DNA of 31,190 nucleotides from a virus (taxonomy: Duplodnaviria > Caudoviricetes): positions 1 to 31,190 of the IMG/VR virus record IMGVR_UViG_3300030059_001160, one strand, 5' to 3'. The notes beneath the pieces were generated by a model. The model had not been told where the DNA came from and did no database searches. It saw nothing but the letters and a program-made list of their open reading frames with translations. The translations under genes and the position numbers were made by a program. Shown in pieces: positions 1-7,404 of the stretch (within the stretch, counting starts at the first letter, position 1; every line of letters starts with the position of its first letter).

Positions 1-23
1 GGTGTTGGAGTTAAAAGAAAACA

Positions 24-521
24 ATGACAACAAAAAACCCAAACAATAACCGGTTATTATTAATAAGCGGAATTATATTACTGTCTTTCTTGTTTAAAGC
101 TACTGAAGCTAACACAATTGTTTTTCAATTTAAAAACCCAGCGTTTAATGGTATTGGTACATCGGCTCATTATTTAACTGTTGACGAACAGGAAGCCTCG
201 CGAAAGCTAAAAATAGCTGAAGACATTCAATCGGCTATTGACGAAGCAGCAAGAGAGCTTGATAACACAACGCTTGCAAAATTTGTAAGAAACCTAGAGT
301 CAAGGATATTTAGTCGTTTAAGTCAAGACCTTGCTGAATCATTGTTTAACGACGAGGGTGGCACGGGGGGCTCTATTGATTTAGAGGGGAACACTATTAA
401 TTTTTTAAACACCGGCACAGAAATTGTCTTGACAATTCTTGACATAGACGGCGTTACCACAGAAATTAGAATTCCTATAAATTCCTTTGGGATTTGTGCA
501 GATGCGCCATGCGCGCCTTAG
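24..521 (+). CDS. csgF: Curli assembly/transport component CsgF-like protein
   Basis: Hydrophobic signal peptide ending ATEA. Mature N-terminus TIVFQFKNPAFNG resembles the CsgF N-terminus (E. coli GTMTFQFRNPNFGG). FVRNLESRIFSRLS helix and C-terminal TTEIRIP strand follow. GGAG upstream; directly precedes csgG. Confidence 0.85.
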   Translation: MTTKNPNNNRLLLISGIILLSFLFKATEANTIVFQFKNPAFNGIGTSAHYLTVDEQEASRKLKIAEDIQSAIDEAARELDNTTLAKFVRNLESRIFSRLSQDLAESLFNDEGGTGGSIDLEGNTINFLNTGTEIVLTILDIDGVTTEIRIPINSFGICADAPCAP

Positions 522-1282
522 TCTTAGCATTTTTTCTTTACGGTTGCGCACCACTTGCTGTAATTGGAGACAAGGAAGGGCCCATAATAGAAAGACCTTC
601 TTTAAGTTCCTTAGTTAACCTTCCTGCACCAAAACAAAAAGCAGTAATTTCTGTTTATAAATTTCCCGATTTAACGGGACAACGTAAAGACGCAGATAAC
701 ATGGCTTTGTTTAGTACCGCTGTAACCCAAGGTGGTGATTTATACCTTATTGAAGCTTTAATGAATGCCGGTCGGGGTACTTGGTTTACTGTGATAGAAA
801 GAATTGGTTTAGCCAATTTAACCAGGGAGCGTCAATTAATAGTTAATACTAGAACTACTTACGACGGGGAAGGGGCTAATAAATTACAGCCTTTGCTTTA
901 CTCCGGTTTAATTATGGAAGGCGGTATAATTTCTTACGACAGTAATTATTTAACCGGCGGTATTGGCGCAAGATACTTGGGTATTGGCGTTAATAACCGT
1001 TACAGGCGAGATCGTGTTACAGTATCTTTACGAGCCGTGTTGGTACAGACAGGTGAAATATTACTTAACGTGTCAACCAGTAAAACAATATTTTCAGCAG
1101 GGGCCGGTTCTGATGTTTTTAAATTCTATGAAGCAGGGACAGAATTAGTTGAGATAGAGTCGGGTTTAACCGAAAACGAAACTGTGGGGTATGCAGTAAA
1201 AATTGCAATAGAAACCGCAGTTTACGCATTAATAATACAAGGGATTGAACTTGATATGTGGGATTATAAAGAAGGGGAATAA
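509..1282 (+). CDS. csgG: Curli secretion channel CsgG/HfaB-family outer-membrane lipoprotein
   Basis: ATG at 509 gives MRALVLAFFLYGC with a lipobox. CsgG motifs present: VYKFPDLTGQRK, FSTAVTQGG, WFTVIERIGLANLTRERQLI, EGGIISYD, GGIGARYLGIG, YRRDRVTVSLRAV, TGEILLNVSTSKTI. Confidence 0.95.
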   Translation: MRALVLAFFLYGCAPLAVIGDKEGPIIERPSLSSLVNLPAPKQKAVISVYKFPDLTGQRKDADNMALFSTAVTQGGDLYLIEALMNAGRGTWFTVIERIGLANLTRERQLIVNTRTTYDGEGANKLQPLLYSGLIMEGGIISYDSNYLTGGIGARYLGIGVNNRYRRDRVTVSLRAVLVQTGEILLNVSTSKTIFSAGAGSDVFKFYEAGTELVEIESGLTENETVGYAVKIAIETAVYALIIQGIELDMWDYKEGE

Positions 1283-1283
1283 A

Positions 1284-1988
1284 ATGAAGATTTACAATGC
1301 AATAATGTGGAGTGCGGTATTTCTAGCTTTTGTTGTTTCAGGGACTATAGCATTAGGCGCAAATAACAGTATATATATTACCCAATCTGGTACAGCATTG
1401 ACTATGAATATAGATCAAATAGGTAACAGCAACGTAGTGGGTACAACAGGGACAAGAGCCACTTTCACAGGTACTACAATAACCGTTGATGTTGACCAGA
1501 CAGGGGACTCGAATACGTTAGCCGCTACGGTAGCTCAAGGTAATAATACGAGCTTCACCGTTAATACGACAGGTGATAGTAACGTATCAAGTATCGTGGG
1601 CGGGGGTTCAGGTGATATAGCGGGCACTGACTTTGACTATGCCGCCACTGGAGACTCTAATGTTTTAACTTTTGTGCAAGGAGCAAGTGCGGCGGCTACA
1701 TCGGGTAATCAAGATTTCGCAGTTACGGGAACATCTAATGATGTTAATGTTAGATGTGAAGTAGTTGGGTGCGTAAATAGCTGGACAGTGAGCGGCAACT
1801 CTAATGATATAGATACTACCCAAACTGGGAACGCAAACCACTCAATTACAGGTGTCATTACAGGAAACAGTAATAACATTGACGTTGACCAAACAAACGC
1901 AGGCGGTTCTACAACGGGTATTTTAAGTATTATAGCAACAACTTCAAGTGGTACGATTGATATAGATCAATGCACTTCTGGCTGTTAA
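1284..1988 (+). CDS. Secreted curlin-repeat (CsgA/CsgB-like) beta-solenoid protein 1
   Basis: Start at ATG 1284 after the purine-rich GAAGGGGA. Sec signal peptide, then T/G/N/S/Q-rich repeats of [IV]xQxGxSN or TGDSN (IDQIGNSN, VDQTGDSN, TTGDSN, ATGDSN, VTGTSN, VSGNSN, TQTGNAN, ITGNSN). Ends in QCTSGC. Confidence 0.8.
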   Translation: MKIYNAIMWSAVFLAFVVSGTIALGANNSIYITQSGTALTMNIDQIGNSNVVGTTGTRATFTGTTITVDVDQTGDSNTLAATVAQGNNTSFTVNTTGDSNVSSIVGGGSGDIAGTDFDYAATGDSNVLTFVQGASAAATSGNQDFAVTGTSNDVNVRCEVVGCVNSWTVSGNSNDIDTTQTGNANHSITGVITGNSNNIDVDQTNAGGSTTGILSIIATTSSGTIDIDQCTSGC

Positions 1989-3043
1989 TTTTTATACCGG
2001 CGTTTGCACTTGCAGACATAGGCTTAATTTCTGAAATAAAAGGCAATGGCGAAATTATACGAAAGAATCAATCGGATAAACTACTTGCAGAGCTTGCTCT
2101 CAATATCTTTAGCAATGACGATGTGCGTACTGGCAACGGGCGTATTGCTATTCAGTTTATTGACGATAGCGTTATTAGGCTTACTGAACATAGTAAGATT
2201 GTTATTGACGAATACATTTTTGATCCAAACCCTGAAAAATCTACATTGTCGCTCAACTTCGTCAAAGGAACGGGTCGTTTTGTTACTGGAAAACTTAAAC
2301 GAATCAAAAAAGAAAATATAAAAATACGAACTAATAGTGCAACTATTGGAATTCGTGGAACTGATTTTACAGTAAGCGTTGATGAAACAGGACGCAGTTT
2401 AGTTATACTTCTACCTAATCCTGACGGTACATCTAGTGGTGAAATAACGGTGACAACTTTTGCTGGAACTGTAGTCATGAACCAACCTTTCCAAGCTACT
2501 GTAGTGACTGTAGCAGAGTCTGCTCCAACCAAACCTGTCGTGTTAGAAAACCTGACGCTTGATTTTATAGATAATATGTTAATTGTTAATCCACCAGAAG
2601 AAACTGAACGTGCCGTAGCTGAGCAAAATGCATCAGGCAGCCTTTTAGATATTGATTTACTTGAAGAAACTGAGCTGGAAAAAGATTACCTTGATGAAGA
2701 GTTTGACGATATAGATCGTTTAGATATCGACCTACTTAACGTAGATTTTTTGACTGATCTTTTAGACATTATAGACAATAGTGTAGGTTCAAAAGCTCAA
2801 GTTAGCATTTTAAATGGTGTAGAAATTGAAGGTGTTAAAGCTGGCTTTGACCCTATAAATCAGTCATATACATTTGTAGAAGGCTCGGTATTAACTTTCT
2901 TTAGGTCTGTTGAAAATACGATTGACTTAGAATTAGATAAAGACGGTACTTATAATATTGATATTTTAAGCGCAGGCAAAGAAATAAATATGACAATTAA
3001 CGGAGGTGGTGAAAGTGAGATCTCTATTAATCAGTCTAATTAG
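1970..3043 (+). CDS. Secreted FecR-domain protein with acidic C-terminal extension
   Basis: Signal peptide (AFALA/D). FecR-type motifs DDVRTGNGRIAIQFIDDSVIRLTEHS, GTGRFVTG and IRTNSATIGIRGTDF. Acidic LDIDLL repeats follow. Overlaps both neighbouring curlin-like genes. Confidence 0.85.
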   Translation: MHFWLLIFIPAFALADIGLISEIKGNGEIIRKNQSDKLLAELALNIFSNDDVRTGNGRIAIQFIDDSVIRLTEHSKIVIDEYIFDPNPEKSTLSLNFVKGTGRFVTGKLKRIKKENIKIRTNSATIGIRGTDFTVSVDETGRSLVILLPNPDGTSSGEITVTTFAGTVVMNQPFQATVVTVAESAPTKPVVLENLTLDFIDNMLIVNPPEETERAVAEQNASGSLLDIDLLEETELEKDYLDEEFDDIDRLDIDLLNVDFLTDLLDIIDNSVGSKAQVSILNGVEIEGVKAGFDPINQSYTFVEGSVLTFFRSVENTIDLELDKDGTYNIDILSAGKEINMTINGGGESEISINQSN

Positions 3044-3824
3044 TTACATTGTTTTATTGTGGATAGTTACTCATTTAGCATACGCATCTGATAACACTAT
3101 TGCTATTCAAACTAAAGGTACAAGCACTTCAATGTCGATAGATCAATCTGGCACATCAAATACTGCAACAGTATGGTGTGGGTTAAGCGGTGGTGCATAC
3201 GCTACACACTCATGCTCTAATGCAACCATAACAATAGACCAACACGGAACTAGCAATACAGCAAGAACGTATTCTCAAATAACCAATCACAATGACAATG
3301 TATACACGATTAATCAAAATGGAAACTCAAACAATGCGTATATTGACCTAGATGATGACGATAACGTAGCTATTATTACTCAAACAGGTAACTCAAACAC
3401 TGGTATTATCTATATGAAAGGTGATGACAACGCTTATACCATTACTCAGACAGGCTCAAACTTCTACGCAAAAATGTATGCCTTTGGTGATGATAGTACA
3501 TGGGCGATAAGTCAATCAGGTACTGGTAATCATAACGGTTATATAAAGAGCTGTAGCAACTGTAACAATAACGATGCTACGATTACCCAATCAGGTAGCG
3601 GGGCAAAAGACGGTGACATCGAGTTTCGTAATAATCCTGCCGATAACAACACCGTAAACCTAACGCAAAGCGGTAACGGTCTTCATACTGGCAATATTTT
3701 AGTCAAACAAGGTTCTTACACTGTCAACGCAACTCAGACAGGTAGCACCAATAAAAACTACACAGTGACTTTAGATTGCACTTCGTCATGTAATAAAACC
3801 GTAACGGTAAACCAGTTTGATTAA
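3015..3824 (+). CDS. Secreted curlin-repeat (CsgA/CsgB-like) beta-solenoid protein 2
   Basis: GTG at 3015 with GGAGG at 3002-3006. Signal peptide ends AYA/S. About nine IxQxG repeats (IDQSGTSN, IDQHGTSN, INQNGNSN, ITQTGNSN, ITQTGSN, ISQSGTGN, ITQSGSG, LTQSGNG, ATQTGSTN). Six Cys in three apparent pairs. Confidence 0.85.
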   Translation: MRSLLISLISYIVLLWIVTHLAYASDNTIAIQTKGTSTSMSIDQSGTSNTATVWCGLSGGAYATHSCSNATITIDQHGTSNTARTYSQITNHNDNVYTINQNGNSNNAYIDLDDDDNVAIITQTGNSNTGIIYMKGDDNAYTITQTGSNFYAKMYAFGDDSTWAISQSGTGNHNGYIKSCSNCNNNDATITQSGSGAKDGDIEFRNNPADNNTVNLTQSGNGLHTGNILVKQGSYTVNATQTGSTNKNYTVTLDCTSSCNKTVTVNQFD

Positions 3825-3924
3825 ATACGCACCATTAGCTGTATTGCTTGGATTGTTTTTTATTCCAGCTTCTACAGGTGTATACATGGGATGTTTAAAT
3901 ATTGATCTATTTAGGTTAAACTAA
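3817..3924 (+). CDS. Possible 35-aa hydrophobic peptide (MIKYAPLAVLLGLFFIPASTGVYMGCLNIDLFRLN) or gene remnant
   Basis: TTG start overlaps the end of the curlin-2 gene, and the frame stays open to TAA at 3922-3924, filling the gap before the spanin gene. One hydrophobic segment; no clear RBS. Confidence 0.3.
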   Translation: MIKYAPLAVLLGLFFIPASTGVYMGCLNIDLFRLN

Positions 3925-3928
3925 TATA

Positions 3929-4354
3929 ATGGGTATACAAACAAACATAATTTTAGGTGGACTATTGATCGTAAGTTTGTCTGGAAGTGCAATGTATATA
4001 AATTTACAGAAAACACAGATAGAAAAATTAAGAATAGAGCTCAGTGTAGCTATGAATAATCAGGAACTTTTAGAAAAAGCAGTAGCCCAGAATAAACTTG
4101 AACTAGAACAACAACTAGAAAGAGAAAAATTAAACCAAGAAAAAATAACACAATTAAACGAAGCTAATAGAACAGCGCAAGCTGAAGTTACTAAATTAAG
4201 AAACACATTTGCTAAACATGATTTAAATAATCTAGCAATCGCTAAACCAGCGTTGATAGAAAGGATAGTCAACACTGGAACTAAAAAAGTTAATCAAGAA
4301 TTAACAGATTTAACAAACCCAAGGCAGTTTGATGAAGTTATTAATACTAATTAG
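3929..4354 (+). CDS. Putative inner-membrane spanin (Rz-like)
   Basis: N-terminal TM helix (IILGGLLIVSLSGSAMYI) followed by a long coiled coil. Lies upstream of an overlapping lipoprotein gene and the endolysin. Confidence 0.65.
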   Translation: MGIQTNIILGGLLIVSLSGSAMYINLQKTQIEKLRIELSVAMNNQELLEKAVAQNKLELEQQLEREKLNQEKITQLNEANRTAQAEVTKLRNTFAKHDLNNLAIAKPALIERIVNTGTKKVNQELTDLTNPRQFDEVINTN

Positions 4355-4739
4355 TTTTTCAATATTAACGAGTGGATGTTCTACTCTTTCTGGAATGTTT
4401 ACTGAAAACATACCTGAAGTCAAACCAATAGAAATAGTAACTATACAAAAACCAGCCCCTTTGTATCATCCTCCTTTACCAGAATCTGTTATACCTGCAG
4501 AAATTAAATGGAAAATATTAAACCCTGAAAATATGAGGGAATACATAACAGAATATGATAGCGGTGAAGCTCCTGCGGTAGCGTACTACAGTTTAACATC
4601 CCAAGGTTACGAAAATTTGTCAAATAATATATCAGACATAAAACGATATATTAGACAAAATTTAGCTATAATAAAATATTATCGTGACAATGACCCAACA
4701 AAAAAGGTAGATAAAAATGGATCTAAAAAAACTAATTGA
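4332..4739 (+). CDS. Putative outer-membrane spanin lipoprotein (Rz1-like)
   Basis: MKLLILISFSILTSGC lipobox and a Pro-rich segment (KPAPLYHPPLP). Overlaps the 3' end of the Rz-like gene. Confidence 0.65.
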   Translation: MKLLILISFSILTSGCSTLSGMFTENIPEVKPIEIVTIQKPAPLYHPPLPESVIPAEIKWKILNPENMREYITEYDSGEAPAVAYYSLTSQGYENLSNNISDIKRYIRQNLAIIKYYRDNDPTKKVDKNGSKKTN

Positions 4740-5127
4740 AGAATTGAAAAGAGATGAAGGTGTTCGTTATAAACCTTATCACTGCTCTGCCGATAAGCTA
4801 ACTATCGGAGTTGGTAGAAATTTAGACGATGTAGGTATAACAGAAGAAGAGTCTGATTACCTACTTAGTAACGACATAAACAATTGTGTCAAAGAATTAA
4901 ATAGAACATTTTTTTGGTTTGAAAAATTAACAGATATTAGAAAAAGAGTTTTAGTCAATATGTGTTTCAATCTTGGTTTAAGTAGACTACTGAATTTTAA
5001 AAACTTTTTAAAAGCAGTAAAAGCTAGTGATTATGAATCTGCAGGAAATGAAATGTTAGATTCAAAATGGGCTAAACAAGTCGGTGACCGAGCAATTCGT
5101 TTAAAAAATATGATGATAGAGGGCTGA
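4717..5127 (+). CDS. Endolysin, GH24 (T4-like) lysozyme
   Basis: RDEGVRYKPYHCSADKLTIGVGRN (E-x8-C-x5-T), LVNMCFNLG and EMLDSKWAKQVGDRA are typical phage GH24 motifs. Confidence 0.93.
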   Translation: MDLKKLIEELKRDEGVRYKPYHCSADKLTIGVGRNLDDVGITEEESDYLLSNDINNCVKELNRTFFWFEKLTDIRKRVLVNMCFNLGLSRLLNFKNFLKAVKASDYESAGNEMLDSKWAKQVGDRAIRLKNMMIEG

Positions 5128-5128
5128 T

Positions 5129-6991
5129 ATGCCATTAAATAAATTTGTTTTTCGTCCTGGAGTTAATCGAGAAGGAACAGCTTACGATAATGAAGGCGGT
5201 TGGTTTGATTCTAATCTCGTTCGTTTTAAAAACGGGAGACCTCAAAAAATAGGCGGTTGGGTTAAAAATACGATTAAGACATATGTAGGTATTGCTCGTG
5301 CACTTCACGCTTGGGTATCTTTAGCAGGTACTCGATATTTAGGTGTGGGGACAACTTTCAAATACTACGTGCAACAAGGAGACGCGTTTAACGACATCAC
5401 TCCTATTAGAGCTACCACTACCAATGGTATTGTATTTGCTGCTACTAATGGTTCTTCTACTATTACGGCAACAGATAATGCACACGGAGCAGCTGAAAAT
5501 GATTTTGTTACTATTAGCGGAGCAGCTTCACTTGGTGGTGTGATTACCGCTGCTGTTTTAAACCAAGAATATCAAATAGTTTCAGTACCTACTGTTGATA
5601 CGTATACGATAACGGCTAAAGACACTTCAGGTGATGCTGTTGTAGCTAATGGTTCTGACTCCGGTAACGGTGGTTCTGGTGTAGACGGAGCATATCAAAT
5701 AAATGTTGGTTTAGATGTTTACGTTCAAAGTACAGGTTGGGGTGCAGGAACTTGGGGCGCTGGAACATTTGGTTCTTCTAGTTCTATATCTGCAAATAAT
5801 CAATTAAGAATTTGGACTCATGATCATTTTGGGGAAAATTTAATTATCAATCCTCGTGGTGGTGGCATCTATAGATGGATAGAAGACACCGGTGCTTCTG
5901 TTAGGGCTACCGAACTAGCGGCAACAACAGGAGCTCACGATGTTCCAACCATAGGGTTACAGGTTATAACTTCTGAAAAAGACAGGCATTTGATCATACT
6001 GGGGGCAGACCCAATGGAAGGTTCTTCTCGTAGTGGAGAGTCTGATCCTATGTTGGTAGCTTTTAGTGATCAAGAAAATGCGTTAGATTTTGAAACTTTA
6101 AACACTAATACTGCTGGAGATTTACGACTGTCTTCTGGTAGTGCTATTATCGGCGCAGTAAAAGCAAGACAAGAAATTTTAATATGGACAGACACTGCTT
6201 TATACAGTATGCAGTTTATTGGACCACCGTTTACCTTTGGAATTAATTTAATCAATGAAAACACAGGACTTATTTCCCCTAAAGCAGCAGTCACTGCTCC
6301 TTCTGGAGTATTTTGGATGGGGTATGATAATTTTTATGTGTACACTGGTGCTGTGAAAAAAGTACCGTGTACTGTTTTAAGTTATATATTTGATGATTTT
6401 AACTCAAGTCAAGTATACAAGGTTTTTGGGTTTTCTAACACAATGTTTGATGAAGTTGGTTGGTTTTACCCATCAAGTTCGAGCACAGAAATAGACCGAT
6501 ATGTTGTTTATAACTATGCGGAAAATGTTTGGTCTTATGGTCTGTTAGAAAGACACGCTTGGTTAGACGCAGGAGTAGAACCTTTACCACGGGCTACTGG
6601 TGATAATTATCTATATGATCATGAAACTGGATACAATGATGATGGAAGTCCAATGACAGACGTTTACATAGAATCTTCTGATTTTGATATAGGTGACGGA
6701 GAGCAGTTTGCTTTTATAACTAAAATGATACCTGATGTAAAATTCTTAAACAACAGTTCTAACGGCTCTATAAACTTAGTTTTAAAAACCCGTAATTTTC
6801 CAGGAGACAGTTTAAACACGTCTAGTACTTCTGCTATAACAAGCTCTACGCAACAAACACACATCAGGGCAAGAGCAAGACAAGCTGTGTTGAGAGTAGA
6901 ATCTGATGACGATAATGTTAGTGGTAATACATCTACGGGTTGGCGGTTAGGCGCTACCCGTATGGAAGTCAGACCCGATGGTAGAAGATGA
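5129..6991 (+). CDS. Virion tail/head-closure (stabilization/nozzle-like) protein
   Basis: 620 aa, beta-rich with Trp/Gly propeller-like repeats. The N-terminus (FRPGVNREGT...GGWFDSNLVRF..GRPQKIGGW) and C-terminus (GWRLGATRMEVRPDGRR) are typical of podovirus-like tail proteins. Lies before the internal virion genes. Confidence 0.6.
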   Translation: MPLNKFVFRPGVNREGTAYDNEGGWFDSNLVRFKNGRPQKIGGWVKNTIKTYVGIARALHAWVSLAGTRYLGVGTTFKYYVQQGDAFNDITPIRATTTNGIVFAATNGSSTITATDNAHGAAENDFVTISGAASLGGVITAAVLNQEYQIVSVPTVDTYTITAKDTSGDAVVANGSDSGNGGSGVDGAYQINVGLDVYVQSTGWGAGTWGAGTFGSSSSISANNQLRIWTHDHFGENLIINPRGGGIYRWIEDTGASVRATELAATTGAHDVPTIGLQVITSEKDRHLIILGADPMEGSSRSGESDPMLVAFSDQENALDFETLNTNTAGDLRLSSGSAIIGAVKARQEILIWTDTALYSMQFIGPPFTFGINLINENTGLISPKAAVTAPSGVFWMGYDNFYVYTGAVKKVPCTVLSYIFDDFNSSQVYKVFGFSNTMFDEVGWFYPSSSSTEIDRYVVYNYAENVWSYGLLERHAWLDAGVEPLPRATGDNYLYDHETGYNDDGSPMTDVYIESSDFDIGDGEQFAFITKMIPDVKFLNNSSNGSINLVLKTRNFPGDSLNTSSTSAITSSTQQTHIRARARQAVLRVESDDDNVSGNTSTGWRLGATRMEVRPDGRR

Positions 6992-7359
6992 GCAGATTAC
7001 TCCAAACAAGACTCCCTATTGAAACAGAAGACGTTGTTAGTTCAGGGACATATAATCGTTTAGTACGGGTGTTAGAGATAAACATAGGGGAGTTTGACCC
7101 CGATAACCTACGTCAAATGAACACTACAGACAGGGATAAAGTTAAATTCAATGACGGTAGTTTAATATGGAACACGGACATTGGAACGTTGCAAGTATAT
7201 AAAGGGTTGTATTGGGAAAGTCTTTCCACACCTACAGATGAACAAGGTTACGAAGCCGTAGCTACGCTTGGGAAAGTTACTGTAACAACTAACGGTAACG
7301 TATCTATAATAGTTGGAACGACATACAGAGGATATGGTGTTGAGAAAACATATACATAA
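6988..7359 (+). CDS. Hypothetical protein, probably virion-associated
   Basis: ATGA overlap with the previous gene. GSLIWNTDIGTLQVY motif resembles small tail-associated domains. Confidence 0.6.
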   Translation: MSRLLQTRLPIETEDVVSSGTYNRLVRVLEINIGEFDPDNLRQMNTTDRDKVKFNDGSLIWNTDIGTLQVYKGLYWESLSTPTDEQGYEAVATLGKVTVTTNGNVSIIVGTTYRGYGVEKTYT

Positions 7360-7404
7360 GAATATACAAATGAAATTAAAAGAGGTAAACTTGTAAACAC
7401 ACCA

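Noticed and set aside
963-2532. Alternative-frame and antisense ORFs 963-1148, 2046-2321 and 2152-2532
   Set aside because: They lie wholly inside well-supported csgG and FecR genes and have no recognisable motifs, so they are shadow ORFs.
24-3824. Curli genes as host chromosome flanking a prophage
   Set aside because: No att site, integrase or evident compositional break is seen. The genes are tightly packed and co-oriented with the lysis genes, and their order differs from the enterobacterial csgBAC/csgDEFG layout. This cannot be fully excluded without upstream sequence.
1284-3824. Repeat proteins as tail fibres or ice-nucleation proteins
   Set aside because: Both carry Sec signal peptides and QxGxxN curlin-type repeats next to csgG. 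Tail fibres lack signal peptides, and the ice-nucleation AGYGST repeat is absent.
3902-3930. Near-consensus TTGATC-N17-TATAAT promoter
   Set aside because: The -10 box overlaps the spanin ATG (3929), so the transcript would miss that start codon. It may be chance in AT-rich DNA. A TAAACT at 3917 giving a leaderless mRNA is equally possible and cannot be resolved from sequence.
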